The translations under genes were made by a program, and so were the position numbers. A DNA stretch of 63,735 nucleotides, the filler included, from Octopus bimaculoides (taxonomy: Eukaryota), in NCBI RefSeq assembly GCF_001194135.2. It is 9 parts of 9 records of this genome, joined end to end, with 100 filler letters (N's around TTAATTAATTAA, not from the genome) between each part and the next. Parts side by side here need not be neighbours in the genome. Positions count along the whole stretch, not along the records: positions 1 to 26,519 come from NC_068984.1; 8 more parts are not named here. One strand, 5' to 3'. This document shows positions 1-12,823 of this stretch, piece after piece. The notes under the pieces are model-generated. The model saw only the letters and a program-made list of their open reading frames with translations, had not been told where the DNA came from and searched no databases. Each line of letters opens with the position of its first letter. Position 1 is the stretch's first letter.

Positions 1-870
1 ATATATTTAAGAATTTACAAAAAATTGTAGAATAACTGACCTTTCTGACATTTTCGCTTGTGTAGCTAAGGAATGTTTGCTATCTTAAGGGACGGTGTGG
101 GAGGTTGGGGGGGGGGCAGAGCAATCTGGTATTAGAGGTATTTTTTTCTGTTTCTGGGCTGGTCTGTCATGGTTCAGTGGTTTTGGGGACTGGTCTTAGA
201 AGTCAGAATGTTGTGAGTGTGTGTCTCTGTGCACGTCTCTATGTGTGTGCGTGTATATATACATCTACTTGTGTTTTATATTTGGCAGGATGGTGTGAGT
301 ACATGTGTACACGTTTGTATGTGTGTGTATGTGTATGATTAGTATTTGTCAGGGTGTTGTGTGTGCGCATGTGTGTGGATGTATTTGTTCGCGCGTGTGT
401 ATGTGTTCGTCTGTGTGTGCATGTGTATGTTTGTGCGTTTTGCTTTAGTGGGGATGTTATGTATGTGTACGTGTGTGTGTGTGTGTGTGTATGTGTCTTT
501 GTCTGAGTATGTATGTGTTGTTATAATTGTCCTGGTGGTGTGTGTGTGTGTATGTGTGTGTGAATAGTATCTGTCTGGCTGTTGTGTGTGCGCATGTGTG
601 TATGTGTTTGTTCGCGTGTGTGCATGTGTGCATCTGTGTGTGTGCATGTGTATGTTTGTGCGTTTTGTGTTGGTGGGGATGTTATGTGTGTACGTGAGTG
701 TGAGTGTACATGAATGTGTGTCTCTGTCTGAGAATGTTTGTGTTATTATAATTGTCCTGGTTGTGGTGGTGGTGGTGGTGTGTGTGTGTGTGCGTATGAG
801 CTACCGTATGTGTGTGTGAAAGTGCAAATGTATGTGTGTGTTGGTATGTGTGGGTGTGTATGTGTGTGTG
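1..870 (-). repeat. 3' tail of Penelope-like element; left arm of a long inverted repeat (partner 2092-2747)
   Basis: 1-340 is the reverse complement of about 2410-2747 (ATATATTTAAGAATTTACAAAAAATTGTAGAATAACTGACC vs GGTCAGTTATTCTACAATTTTTTGTAAATTCTTAAATATAT). 580-850 matches 2095-2410. An internal duplication of about 230 bp (about 350-580 vs 580-790) is present in this arm only. Confidence 0.85.
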
Positions 871-1303
871 TGTGAGTGTGTTGTATTTATCAGCGGTTCT
901 ATGTGTGTCCGTGTGTGTTGGGTTTATCCGGGTGGTGTGTATGTGTGTGCGTGTACGTTCTGTGCATGTTGGTACTGGGTATGCGTTTGTGTGTGTGTGT
1001 GTGTACATGTGTGTATGTGTGTGTGTGTGTGTGTGTGTGCTGTATTTGTGAGTGATTTGTTTTGTTTGTATTGTTAGTGCAGTGTGCGTGTATACGTGTG
1101 GGTGTATTTGTGTGAGTGTGTCTGTGTTTTGTATTTGTCGGGGAGGTGTGTGTCATTATATATGTGCATACTTTTTTGTATGTGTGTATGTCTGTGTGCT
1201 TGTGAGTTTTGTTGTGATTGTTGGGATTGTATTGTGTGTATATGTGTGTTTTTTCTTTGTGTGTGTGTGTGATTCTTACTGGGAAACGGGGGTATTGTGT
1301 TTG

Positions 1304-1369
<66 letters not shown>

Positions 1370-1739
1370 TGTGTTGTATTTGCGTGTTTGTGTATGTATC
1401 TGTGTATGTGTGGGTGTGTTTGTGTGAATATGATTTGTGATTGTCAGGGTGGTGTGTGTAGGTGCGTGCATGTATGTGCTTACGTATGTGTGTATGTGTG
1501 TGTGAGTGTTGGTTATGGTTGCTAGAATCGTATTGCAAGTGTATATATGTATGCATCTTTTCTTGGAATGTGTGTAGGTTTGTGCTCTAGTGTAGGGATA
1601 TTGTATTTGTGCGTGTGTGTATATGTATGTGTGTGTGTTTGCGTGGGAGGTTTGCATTGTATTTGTGTGTGTGTGATTTTGTACATCGGTATGTGTTTCT
1701 GTGTGTGTTTTTTTTTGGTGTGTACCTGGAGTGGGTATG

Positions 1740-2090
1740 TTAGAGTATGTTGAGTTGTGGTTTGCATCTTTGAATAAGACTATTTTCCTTATTTATTCGT
1801 GTTTGGTCAGTAGTGTTGTCCGGGCATTGGTATATTGGGAAAACTAGGAATTTGGGTAACTTGTTTTGTGCACAGATATATAGGTGCCCACTAAGTGGTA
1901 TCTGTCTTGTGGGATCCTTCAATTGTTGGTGGTGGACTGTCATACTTTCTCTGAGGGTAGGGCTCGTTCGCCCTATGTAATCTTTGTGGCACCCTTCACA
2001 CCTTATGGCATAAAGTAAATTCTTTGATGCGCAGGTGAAGCAATTTTTTATGACAAAAGTGTGTCCCGACTGGAATTTGTATATTGTTCC
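1740..2090 (-). pseudogene. Penelope-like element C-terminal GIY-YIG endonuclease fragment
   Basis: Translation FTCASKNLLYAIRCEGCHKDYIGRT...MTVHHQQ...PLSGHL...KENSLIQRCKPQLN has the GIY/YIG motifs, CxxC, His positions and terminal E...LN typical of PLE endonucleases. 5'-truncated. Confidence 0.9.
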
Positions 2091-2091
2091 T

Positions 2092-2212
2092 TCACACACA
2101 CATACACACCCACACATACCCACACACATACATTTGCACCCTCACACACATACGGTAGCTCACACACACATACACACACACAAGGACAATTATAATAACA
2201 TAAACATATTCA

Positions 2213-2247
<35 letters not shown>

Positions 2248-3047
2248 GTACACTCACACTGACGTACACACACACTCACGTACACTCATATAACATCCCC
2301 ACCAACACAAAACACACAAACATACACACGCACACACATAGATGCACACATACACACACGCGAACAAACACATACACACATGCGCAAACAACACCCAGAC
2401 AAATACTTATCACACACATACACACATACACAAACGTGCACACATGTACTCACACCATCCCACCAAATATAAAACACAAGCACATGTATATATACACACA
2501 CAAATAGAGACGTGCACAGAGACAGACGCACCATTCTGACTTCTAAGACCAGTCCCAAAAACCACTGAACCATGGCAGACTAGCCCAGAAACAAAAAAAA
2601 TCCCTTTAATTCCACATTGCTCTGTCTCCACCCCCAACCAATTTCCCACACTATCCCTTAAGATAGCAAACATTCCTTAGCTACACACAAGAGAAAATGT
2701 CAGAAAGGTCAGTTATTCTACAATTTTTTGTAAATTCTTAAATATATCTCCATCTGTGTATATATACTACCAAACAAAAATAATTTTTATTGAACTCTAC
2801 TTTTTTGGAGTCCCATTCTGATTACTTTCTCAAATACTTTCTTGTAAACTGTTTTTAACATTTTCTTATTATTATCAAAGAATGTATTTCTGTTTTTTTA
2901 ATAAGTTTGTGGTAACCACTACTTAATACAACAAAGCTCATAGAAAGCTTTACATTTTACTTTTGACAATCTTTTTCTAAAAACGTGAAACCGGTCAAGT
3001 GAATAAACAACTTTAAAATTGCATTTTCAAACCTTTCATCTATATTT
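2092..3047 (+). repeat. Inverted copy of the PLE 3' tail / pseudo-LTR
   Basis: Reverse complement of 1-870. Continues rightwards to a hammerhead-like motif and AATAAA (3002-3007) before an N gap. Confidence 0.75.
2959..3000 (+). ncRNA. Degenerate minimal type I hammerhead ribozyme
   Basis: ACTT-TTGACAA-[TCTTTTTCTAAAAACGT]-GAAA-CCGGTC-AAGT: stem I ACTT/AAGT and an intact GAAACCGGUC. The first core, TTGACAA, differs from CUGACGA by two transitions. Confidence 0.5.
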
Positions 3048-4505
3048 NNNNNNNNNNNNNNNNNNNNNNNNNNNNNNNNNNNNNNNNNNNNNNNNNNNNN
3101 NNNNNNNNNNNNNNNNNNNNNNNNNNNNNNNNNNNNNNNNNNNNNNNNNNNNNNNNNNNNNNNNNNNNNNNNNNNNNNNNNNNNNNNNNNNNNNNNNNNN
3201 NNNNNNNNNNNNNNNNNNNNNNNNNNNNNNNNNNNNNNNNNNNNNNNNNNNNNNNNNNNNNNNNNNNNNNNNNNNNNNNNNNNNNNNNNNNNNNNNNNNN
3301 NNNNNNNNNNNNNNNNNNNNNNNNNNNNNNNNNNNNNNNNNNNNNNNNNNNNNNNNNNNNNNNNNNNNNNNNNNNNNNNNNNNNNNNNNNNNNNNNNNNN
3401 NNNNNNNNNNNNNNNNNNNNNNNNNNNNNNNNNNNNNNNNNNNNNNNNNNNNNNNNNNNNNNNNNNNNNNNNNNNNNNNNNNNNNNNNNNNNNNNNNNNN
3501 NNNNNNNNNNNNNNNNNNNNNNNNNNNNNNNNNNNNNNNNNNNNNNNNNNNNNNNNNNNNNNNNNNNNNNNNNNNNNNNNNNNNNNNNNNNNNNNNNNNN
3601 NNNNNNNNNNNNNNNNNNNNNNNNNNNNNNNNNNNNNNNNNNNNNNNNNNNNNNNNNNNNNNNNNNNNNNNNNNNNNNNNNNNNNNNNNNNNNNNNNNNN
3701 NNNNNNNNNNNNNNNNNNNNNNNNNNNNNNNNNNNNNNNNNNNNNNNNNNNNNNNNNNNNNNNNNNNNNNNNNNNNNNNNNNNNNNNNNNNNNNNNNNNN
3801 NNNNNNNNNNNNNNNNNNNNNNNNNNNNNNNNNNNNNNNNNNNNNNNNNNNNNNNNTATATATACGTATATATGTTTCTCTGTCCGTTACGTTTTTATGT
3901 TTGTTAACTCCTCCAAGAACATTGGTGCAAGGACAACGAAACTCAAACCAGAAACTGCCCTAATCCCAGGGAATGTTCTAATGGGGTCTATTTTTTAAGG
4001 GCCGCTTAATTGGAATCCCACTGACCCCACTATCTTTACTGCCTTTTAAACTAAATACATGGCATTGGCAACCAAATCGAAGCAATGACAATGAATTTCA
4101 TACCATGAACACCCAGGGAGTATCGTAAGGAGATTCAATTTCTAAAGAGGCGCTTAAATGGGGCCCCACTGACCCCCTCTATTTTTGCTGCATTTATCTC
4201 GCTCCTACGCTTATTGATTAAACTATGATCAGCATCAGTGCTTAGCACAGTTTCAGAAATACTCTTCATTAAAGAAGATTAGAGGGCCGCGAAGCGGCCC
4301 GATAGTATTGCCGAAGGCCTGAAATTACCCTCAGCAGGAGCCAGAGTGGATGCCGTCCGAAGATCTGCTTCTAGGCTAGTATTTATATACATGTACAGGC
4401 AGACAGACAAATTCACATACACAAACACACACGTATACACGTAGAAAGGTGGAAAAAGGGCAGATAAATCAGTAGAATTAGCGGCCATTCAACAGGAAAT
4501 GTCTA

Positions 4506-5883
4506 CAGACGTAGCCAATGATTTTGACAAAAGCGTTATTTTGCACCAAAAATATATAAATATACCTATCTAAGGCAAAGAGTTGATTTGTTTGAGTGCA
4601 TACGAGCATATTAACGAAGAATAACAACACACATGAAGCATATGAATAATAATAAGGTGTGATACACGGTTATTCATCTTCCTCGCACTATTTGCAGTGG
4701 CGACCCCTATGTTGCGAGACGTCCATGATTCATTTAGGCATGCTGGAAACCAATGACTGAGTCAGTTCTACGTTTAAAGACCTGCATTCTTGTTGTACGC
4801 GAGCTTTCAACTATTCAATATTTGTTGGATTTTCTCTGTCAACTTTGATTTTAAGGATGGACCACAAATTTTCAATAGGATTTATATCTGGAGAATTTCC
4901 CAGCTAAGGCTCCAAAATTTCAGCACCTTTATCTCCAAGATACTTTTTATCTTTTTAGCTGTGTTTGGAAAATGTAAATTTCTGGATGTTTGATCATGAA
5001 CACGATACAGGCTTCATAGCGTTCACCTTGCCGCCTTATGACGAGCCTTTTTCCAGATATCCTAAACAATCGAAATGGTGCTTCAACAGAAAAATCACTT
5101 TGTCCCATTGTTCAGTATACTAATTTTTATATTTTCTGCTAAACGCAAGCCTGTCCTTCATGTTTCTTATGGACAAAAAAGGTTTCTTTGCAGCACTTCG
5201 TGAAGCGAGACCATTGTCAAGAAGTTGTCTAAGAGTCCGAGCTGAAGTCCTGACACCGACTGATTCCCACTCTTTAGGAAGCTGTTTGCTGCCGGCACTT
5301 CGATTCCTCAATGAATTTCTCACCAAAACCCTGTCTTGGCGGTCAGAGGATAGACGTTGGCGACCAGAGGCCTTCTTCACCGTCATGGATCCTGTTTCTT
5401 TAAAAGGTTTTATAATCATGTACACAGTTCTTTCTGGCGCAATGCCTTTATCAGCAATATCCTGTGTTAGGCCATTTTGGTGGAAAGAAATTATTGACTG
5501 ACCTTTTTCCTTGCGCCAATACCATCCTTGCAATAAAAATAAATTAAATTTGAAGTTTTTGTGAGGAAAAAGAGCATTCATTAATTTAAATTCAATTATA
5601 AAAGGCTGATGGTAATATGACATTATACGTTACTTAACTGTTTTGGTTATTAAGTATTAGTTTGCATGCGATTCCAACTTGATTTCCACTTGTAGGAAAT
5701 ATAACCAATTCTGCAAACTGATGATTATTTGCAGAACTATTGGTTTCTCAACAGTTTTTCTTTCAAATTTTACTGGATAACAGATAACCTGTTAAAATAA
5801 TATTAAATCATTAACATTCACATGCTATTTCACATGAAATAGCAGAAAAAAACAATGTTTGCCAAAATCATTGGCCATGACCG
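4506..5883 (-). mobile_element. Tc1-like DNA transposon with both TIRs and a decayed transposase
   Basis: TIRs CAGACGTAGCCAATGATTTTGACAA (4506) and TTGCCAAAATCATTGGCCATGACCG (ends 5883), both flanked by TA. Minus-strand translation gives the HTH region (KKASGRQRLSSDRQDRVLVR), WDKVIFSVEAPF, NSPDINPIENLW and LVSSMP. The DDE region has an internal deletion. Confidence 0.9.
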
Positions 5884-6399
5884 TATATGTTTACGCACCA
5901 AGGAATCAAGGATCAAGGAATAAACCCGAATGATAGTCCACTGGAAGCGAGAGACTCCCTAGTCCTTGTTTGGACATATGTATAAAAGAACGAAAACTAA
6001 TGTAATACCTATCACGTTGTTTGCATCCAATGGCGTAGGTCTTCTTTTTGAGTAAACGCACACGTTCTTCAGAATGTGGGATTGCCCCTCTATAACACAT
6101 TTCCTCACTTTAAAAGTTTCAAACACGCACACACACACACCGCTTGATTTCTTAATATTTCTATTAACATCTCTACTATGTGTTGCATAGTCTGGCTGTA
6201 TTAAAAAAGGCGAAACAACATAAAATGACAACAATTTACAGAATAATGGCAACAGGGGTTCTGGAACGGGTAGTGAATGGGTTTGGTTCGGCAGGTGTCC
6301 CAGGGTACCGTTGCCTGGGTTCCGTTGTCACCTTGATTTACGAGAAGATTCAAAGCTTCGAATGCTGGTTGCTGGAATATTCGTTCCTTATTAGACTAT

Positions 6400-8062
6400 G
6401 AATCCCCTAGGACAAGCTCTGAAAAAAAAAAAGATTAGCGCTTCTAGCAAAAGGGCTATAGCGATATAACATAAATGTGATGGCTTTGCTTGAAATGAGG
6501 CTTTTTGAAGAGGGTCACTTCAGAGAACAATCAGGTGGCTACACATTTTATTAGAGTGGGAGAGCAGGCTGGTGCAAAAGGAAGGCTGGTGTGGCGTTTG
6601 CAGCAAAGCGTTTCATAGTTTCCAAGCTGGAAAAGCTTCTATGTGGATTTAATAATGGCCTGATACCTGAATTTGTGCATAGCAAACACCATATTTCAAC
6701 AGAAATGTAAATAGAAGGCAACCCAATTGCATCCTGAGTCGAAGCAGTGGCATATGATTAATTTTGTTCTTGTTCGTAGATGCGATGTCCGTAATGTGTG
6801 TGATGTCCGTAATGTGTGTGATGTCCGTGTTATGCACGGAGCTAATTGCCGGCCTGGCCATCCTCTTGCTCACGCAAAGGTGAAGTTTATTGTAAAACCG
6901 AAGAGCCAATGATGAGACGATTTCAAAGAAATTAGATATGAAGCGTCAGAAAGATTATGCAATTAAGGAAGAGTTGGTGAAGAGAATGGACGACATTCAA
7001 TTCAATGCAAGCTCTTAGTGGAAAACATGGAAAACATAATGAAATCTTGTACAAGCACATGAAGCTGTATGGTACAGTACAGGATTTGTTACATATAAGA
7101 TACTTGGTGGAAGAATGAAGCTGATCGGATCCAATCTGTATCTGATTCTATCAATACGATGCTTCTGTATAACTTGTTGCGGGAATTTTATGGGTTCTTC
7201 CTCTCCTGTTGTTCCTCTATGTGCTCTGGATCGCAAAGAATTGTAGGGCGATCCCGAAGGTATTCTTGTGAGGTGGAGATAACATTAACGAAATAGGCCT
7301 TGTCAGGTTGGTGAGACAGTTTGTTGGTTGATTCGATGTATGTCCACTGAAGAACATATGGGAGAGGCTCCTCTCCTTGAAGAATTTTAAAATGCAGTAA
7401 AAAGCTTAAATATTGGGAAGCCACCAAGAATGGATGGCCTCTATGCTGAAATCTTGAAATACGGTCTAATATCTATCTAATTCAATGCAAAAGGTCTGGA
7501 TTGAAGAGAGTGTCACAAGTGATTGGAGAGATGATTCTCTATAAATGGAAAGGTAGGAAGGACGACTGGGGGAATTACTGTGGGATATCTCTTCTCTCTC
7601 TTGTAAGCAGAGGCCCCACGAAGCCCTCCCTAAGTCTCTGTGTGTTCTTATAAATAGCTGGGTGACAATGGATATGACCTTTTCTGTTAGATAATGAATT
7701 GCAGGAAAATACACTGAGAAGAAGATAAACCCGTATCAAGTCTTTGTTGATCTGACTAAGGCTTTTGTCGTGGATGGAAACATTTTATGGAGCATTCTGA
7801 AGAAACTTGGGTGCCCTGAAACATTTATCAAAAGATCTTAAAGCTTTCCATGAGGGAATGAAAGCATGTGATAATGTGGATGGTAAGCTCTGTGATCCTA
7901 TCTTGGTTAAAAATAGTGTCAAGCAAGGAAATATACCAAACCCACTCTATTCGCATTGTACTTTGCTATAGTTTTCATGGTGGCTTCTAAGAGCTGCTTG
8001 CACAGAGTTTACTTCAAATACCAAGCAACGGGTAGGATGTTGAATATAAGACGGTTTGCTGC

Positions 8063-8142
<80 letters not shown>

Positions 8143-8760
8143 GTTCATATCACAAATACGCAAATATCTGTATGCTGACAGTTGTGATCTTGTTGCTTAC
8201 TCCCGGAGTGACACGCGGTATTTTATTGGCTCCTCAACAGCGTGAATTGCATTGGGTCTCACAATCAAGCTAAAAAGACAGCCGTAATGTACCAATCTGC
8301 ATCAAGTAAGACCTACTCTAAACCAAATATGTATATGGAAAGTAGCTGGTTGTGGATAACGAGCATTTAGGTAGTACTGTGAACATGACATACCCTTAAT
8401 GCTGAAATTGCCCTCCAAATCAAGAAAGCCATTGATGCATTCAGAAAATTGAACAGAAGCTTATAGTTTCGGCATGAAATTTCAACCGAGACAAACTTGA
8501 GGATCTACAATACTTGAGTTTTCTTTTCGTTGTTATATTTATGTGAGACCTGAGTTACTTACCGGAGACGTATGAAAAGATTGGAGTGATTTCACCAACA
8601 CATCTCTGCCGTGTACTGCATATCCGATGGTAAATGTATGCGACTGATGTTGAAGTTTTCGACCACATCCAGCCTACGAGGGTGATATTGCCCAATTTCA
8701 ACCTAAGAAGTGGGCTTCTTAATTGATAGATACTGACTGGCAGAAAGGAACGCGTGGAAA
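6400..8760 (+). mobile_element. RTE-clade (BovB-like) LINE, decayed endonuclease and RT
   Basis: Frameshifted translations: GGYTF..SGRAGWCKRKAGVAFA, HPESKQWHMINFVLVRR, EAPLLEEF.NAVKSLNIGKPPRMDGLYAEILKYG, VFVDLTKAF, KYLYADSCDLVAYS (YADD site), KKAIDAFRKL. Confidence 0.88.
8069..8140. repeat. (AG)n microsatellite inside the RTE RT
   Basis: Pure AG run between two collinear RT segments. Confidence 0.95.
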
Positions 8761-9489
8761 TACTTATAGTAAGATTGTTTTTAATTCCTAACAATATCAA
8801 TATTTCCCTTGCACTAAACAGATGTTAATTTCTTCTCATTCAAGAATTCGCAATGGCTATTTAAAAAACCGCATGGTCAATCATATAAAGTCACAATGGA
8901 GTTTACCGGATTTTTTCAGTCATTTCTTACATGCAACTATACATGACACTCCGTTGAAATAGGAATCAAAATGATTTAAAACTCTATGTAGAAATTAAGT
9001 ACAACCAAGGGAATTTCATTTGATTCAATGGAAACATAATATTAAAAATAAATAAATAATAATAATAATTATTACAAAGACCATGTCGTCACAACAATGT
9101 CTACGTTTGTTTGCATTTTTGAATTTGATTACTAATAAAGTAAATATTGAGCAAAGAAACTTGTTTTCTCAAGAGTACTCAATGGAAATTGTCATATGTG
9201 ATTAACATTATCTAATTAGCATAATCAGCATATTTAAATAAAACAAACACATTTGTATGCAAAACAAACATATTTTCCGTCCTTACAGAAGGTATAGGAT
9301 CTTGCCAATACATACATATATACACACACACACATACCCACACACAAAACATAGTGACCATAGAAATATATACATACGTACATTCATACATGCATGCATA
9401 CATACATACATGCATACATGCATTCATACATACATACATACATACATACATACATACATAAATGCAAAACATAGTGACCATAAAAATTA

Positions 9490-10090
9490 ACGCAGAAGTA
9501 TCTCCCTTTCCTTTGTCGACAATCTGAAACTGTATGGGCCAAATATCGACTACATAAAACAACAATTGGACCTCATAACCCTATTTTCTCCAGACATTGG
9601 AATGAAATTTGGTGAGTTCAAATGTATATTTTTATCACTAAAATGAACGGCTTGACAATACAACCTCTTCAGTCAGTCAGATGATAAAATTATAGGAACT
9701 ATGGACAAAATGAGAGGATCAGTAATGAATACCGCAGGAGAGCAAAAAGAATATGGTCATCCGAGCGCTCAGCTTATACCAAGCGTACTGCTCAAAACAC
9801 TTTTTAAGTACCCGTCCTCACGCCATCGTTTGGCCTTCTGAACTGTAAGAACTCAGTGAGATACATACTTGAATTCGCAAGCTGCTCATTGTTACAGGAA
9901 ACGTCAACACCAATGGAAATGTAGACATGCTATCTGTCTCACGCAAGGATGCTGACTGTGGTTTCAAATCTGTATTGATGTCATATGATGCACGTATAGT
10001 GACACTGAAACAACATCTGCAGTAAGTCCCTTGCCAAAGTTTGTGACCATGAAATCAACGACAATAAGATAGCCAATAAAACTAAGGTAA
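9490..10090 (+). mobile_element. R4/Dong-like (RLE-type) LINE RT fragment
   Basis: Translations FVDNLKLYGPN...LDLITLFSPDIGMKFGEFKC and NVDMLSVSRKDADCGFKSV...ARIVTLKQHL resemble RT domain 5 to thumb of R4-clade elements. Confidence 0.7.
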
Positions 10091-10324
10091 AGTATAAAAT
10101 AGGTGGCCGGTCACGAGAAAATACATAGATACGTATGTATGTATGTATGTATGTATGTATGTATGTATGTATGTATGTATGTATGTATGAATGTATGTGT
10201 GTATTATGCATGTATGCATGCATGTATGTATATATGTATGCATGTATGTATATACATACGTACATACATAAATACATACATACATACATACGTACGTACA
10301 TCTATACATATACATGTACACAAA

Positions 10325-11066
10325 CGAAGTCTGATCAATAAGTATCCGGACAGTTACATTAGTATCGAATCTAAAACATGCAGAGTGAAGCCGCTTGGCA
10401 AAGATTGAACTTGAACTCTGCTGTGCATGCGCACTAAGGTTTAATATTCTAGTTCACTTCCGCTGTTTACAGCAGTGCTTAGAAGGAAGGTGTGCAGCGT
10501 GTAAGTTGTCATGGCGATACCTGCTCAGAGGCCTACGCAAAGTTGCTGAAAGTGTATGATGTGCACGCAAATGTGCGAGGAAATCGTGGAGCCATCATCC
10601 GTTAGTTATCAGAGGATGATAGCAGATTAGTTACGGTTCAGTTCAGCCCATTATCACTGAAGATTCGGGTATAAAACGCGTATCTGCCAAGTTTGCACCC
10701 AAACTGCTTTCAGCTGTCCAAAAAGACACTCGGATTTCAGTTGCACAAGATCTCTTTGATTGTGTTGAGAATGATGAGAACTTTTTGAAAATTTTGTGTA
10801 GGCCTCTGAACAGGTATCGTCAAGCTTTTGGCAAAATTTAATGCAGATTCTCTGTACAAATTTCTCTGTCATGGTCAATGTGACGATCACGCGCTACACA
10901 CCTTCCTTCGAAGCACCACTGTAAACAGCAGGAGTGAGCTAGAACGTTAAAACGTAGTGAACTTGCACAACAGAGTGGCAGGTCAATCTGTGCCAAGCGG
11001 TGTTACTCTATGTGCTTTAGATTCATTACTATGGCAACAGTCCGGATGCTTATTGATCAGACCACG
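10325..11066. mobile_element. Non-autonomous mariner derivative with about 190-bp inverted ends
   Basis: Ends CGAAGTCTGATCAATAAGTATCCGGAC and GTCCGGATGCTTATTGATCAGACCACG|TA. Transposase pieces MTEKFVQRICIKFCQKL (minus) and KRVSAKFAPKLLSAVQK (plus). Confidence 0.85.
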
Positions 11067-11083
11067 TATTTACATATATATGC

Positions 11084-11114
<31 letters not shown>

Positions 11115-11708
11115 TGTATGTATGTATGCATGTATGTGTGTGTGTATGTATGTATGTATGCATGTATGTATGTATGTATGTATGTATTTATGTATGTAGC
11201 ATATATGTATGTATGCATGTATATATATATATCAAAATATATATCAAAATAAGCAACAAAATATCAAGCAGCAATGCAGTAGTACGACCGTTTCAAGTGA
11301 CTCCATTCAATTGAACAATGCAATCATTACATCATTTTAAATGCAGTGCTATTTTCAGCAGCACAAATAAATAAATGGAATTTCGACAAGTAGGACACAT
11401 TAATATAATTTTTCTTAAATATTTTCGCAGAGTGAGAAGATGGAAGAAATTCATGTCGTTAATGTAGCTAGGCACAGACTACAACTTTTAAGAATCGCAT
11501 GGATTCTTAAATTTTTTAAAAAAGAAAGAGTGATCGAAGTGAATAAAAATTATCTAAATATATATGAGGATATTATTGTTTATAATATTATCAGTGGCTT
11601 TTCACCGGCGTGCTAACGTTTCTGCCAGCTTGCAGCCTTGCCACTGATATTTATTATAAACAATAATATCCTCATATATATATACACATACATACATACA
11701 TACATACA

Positions 11709-11744
<36 letters not shown>

Positions 11745-11749
11745 TATAT

Positions 11750-11948
11750 ATGTTATCATTTACATGTTTCATTCATCTGACTGTGGGCCATGCTAGGGCA
11801 CCGCCTTCAAGGGTTTTAGTCGAACAAGTCTTTTATACTTGTTCAAATTTTTATACTTGTTCTACCGGGCTCTTTTGCTGGATCGCTAAGTTAGGGAACA
11901 TAAACACACCAACACCGGTTATCAAGCGGTGGTGGGGGACAAACACAC

Positions 11949-12008
<60 letters not shown>
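11750..12008 (+). mobile_element. Octopod-type SINE segment ending in (CA)n
   Basis: GACTGTGGGCCATGCTAGGGCACCGCC...AAACACACCAACACCGGTTATCAAGCG has homologues in the window at 58200-58370, 60177-60340 and 63570-63735. Confidence 0.75.
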
Positions 12009-12592
12009 NNNNNNNNNNNNNNNNNNNNNNNNNNNNNNNNNNNNNNNNNNNNNNNNNNNNNNNNNNNNNNNNNNNNNNNNNNNNNNNNNNNNNNNNNNNN
12101 NNNNNNNNNNNNNNNNNNNNNNNNNNNNNNNNNNNNNNNNNNNNNNNNNNNNNNNNNNNNNNNNNNNNNNNNNNNNNNNNNNNNNNNNNNNNNNNNNNNN
12201 NNNNNNNNNNNNNNNNNNNNNNNNNNNNNNNNNNNNNNNNNNNNNNNNNNNNNNNNNNNNNNNNNNNNNNNNNNNNNNNNNNNNNNNNNNNNNNNNNNNN
12301 NNNNNNNNNNNNNNNNNNNNNNNNNNNNNNNNNNNNNNNNNNNNNNNNNNNNNNNNNNNNNNNNNNNNNNNNNNNNNNNNNNNNNNNNNNNNNNNNNNNN
12401 NNNNNNNNNNNNNNNNNNNNNNNNNNNNNNNNNNNNNNNNNNNNNNNNNNNNNNNNNNNNNNNNNNNNNNNNNNNNNNNNNNNNNNNNNNNNNNNNNNNN
12501 NNNNNNNNNNNNNNNNNNNNNNNNNNNNNNNNNNNNNNNNNNNNNTATATATATATATATATATATATATGTATTTATGCATGTATACATGG

Positions 12593-12628
<36 letters not shown>

Positions 12629-12779
12629 CTATGTGTATTCATATGTCTCTCTATATATTCATTTATATATATATATAACAAGCTTAATTGTGTTTATCTG
12701 CATCACTATTTCCTTCCCTCCCCCTCTCTCTCTATACATAAACATATGCATATACATGCATACGTTATGTGTGTGTGTA

Positions 12780-12823
<44 letters not shown>

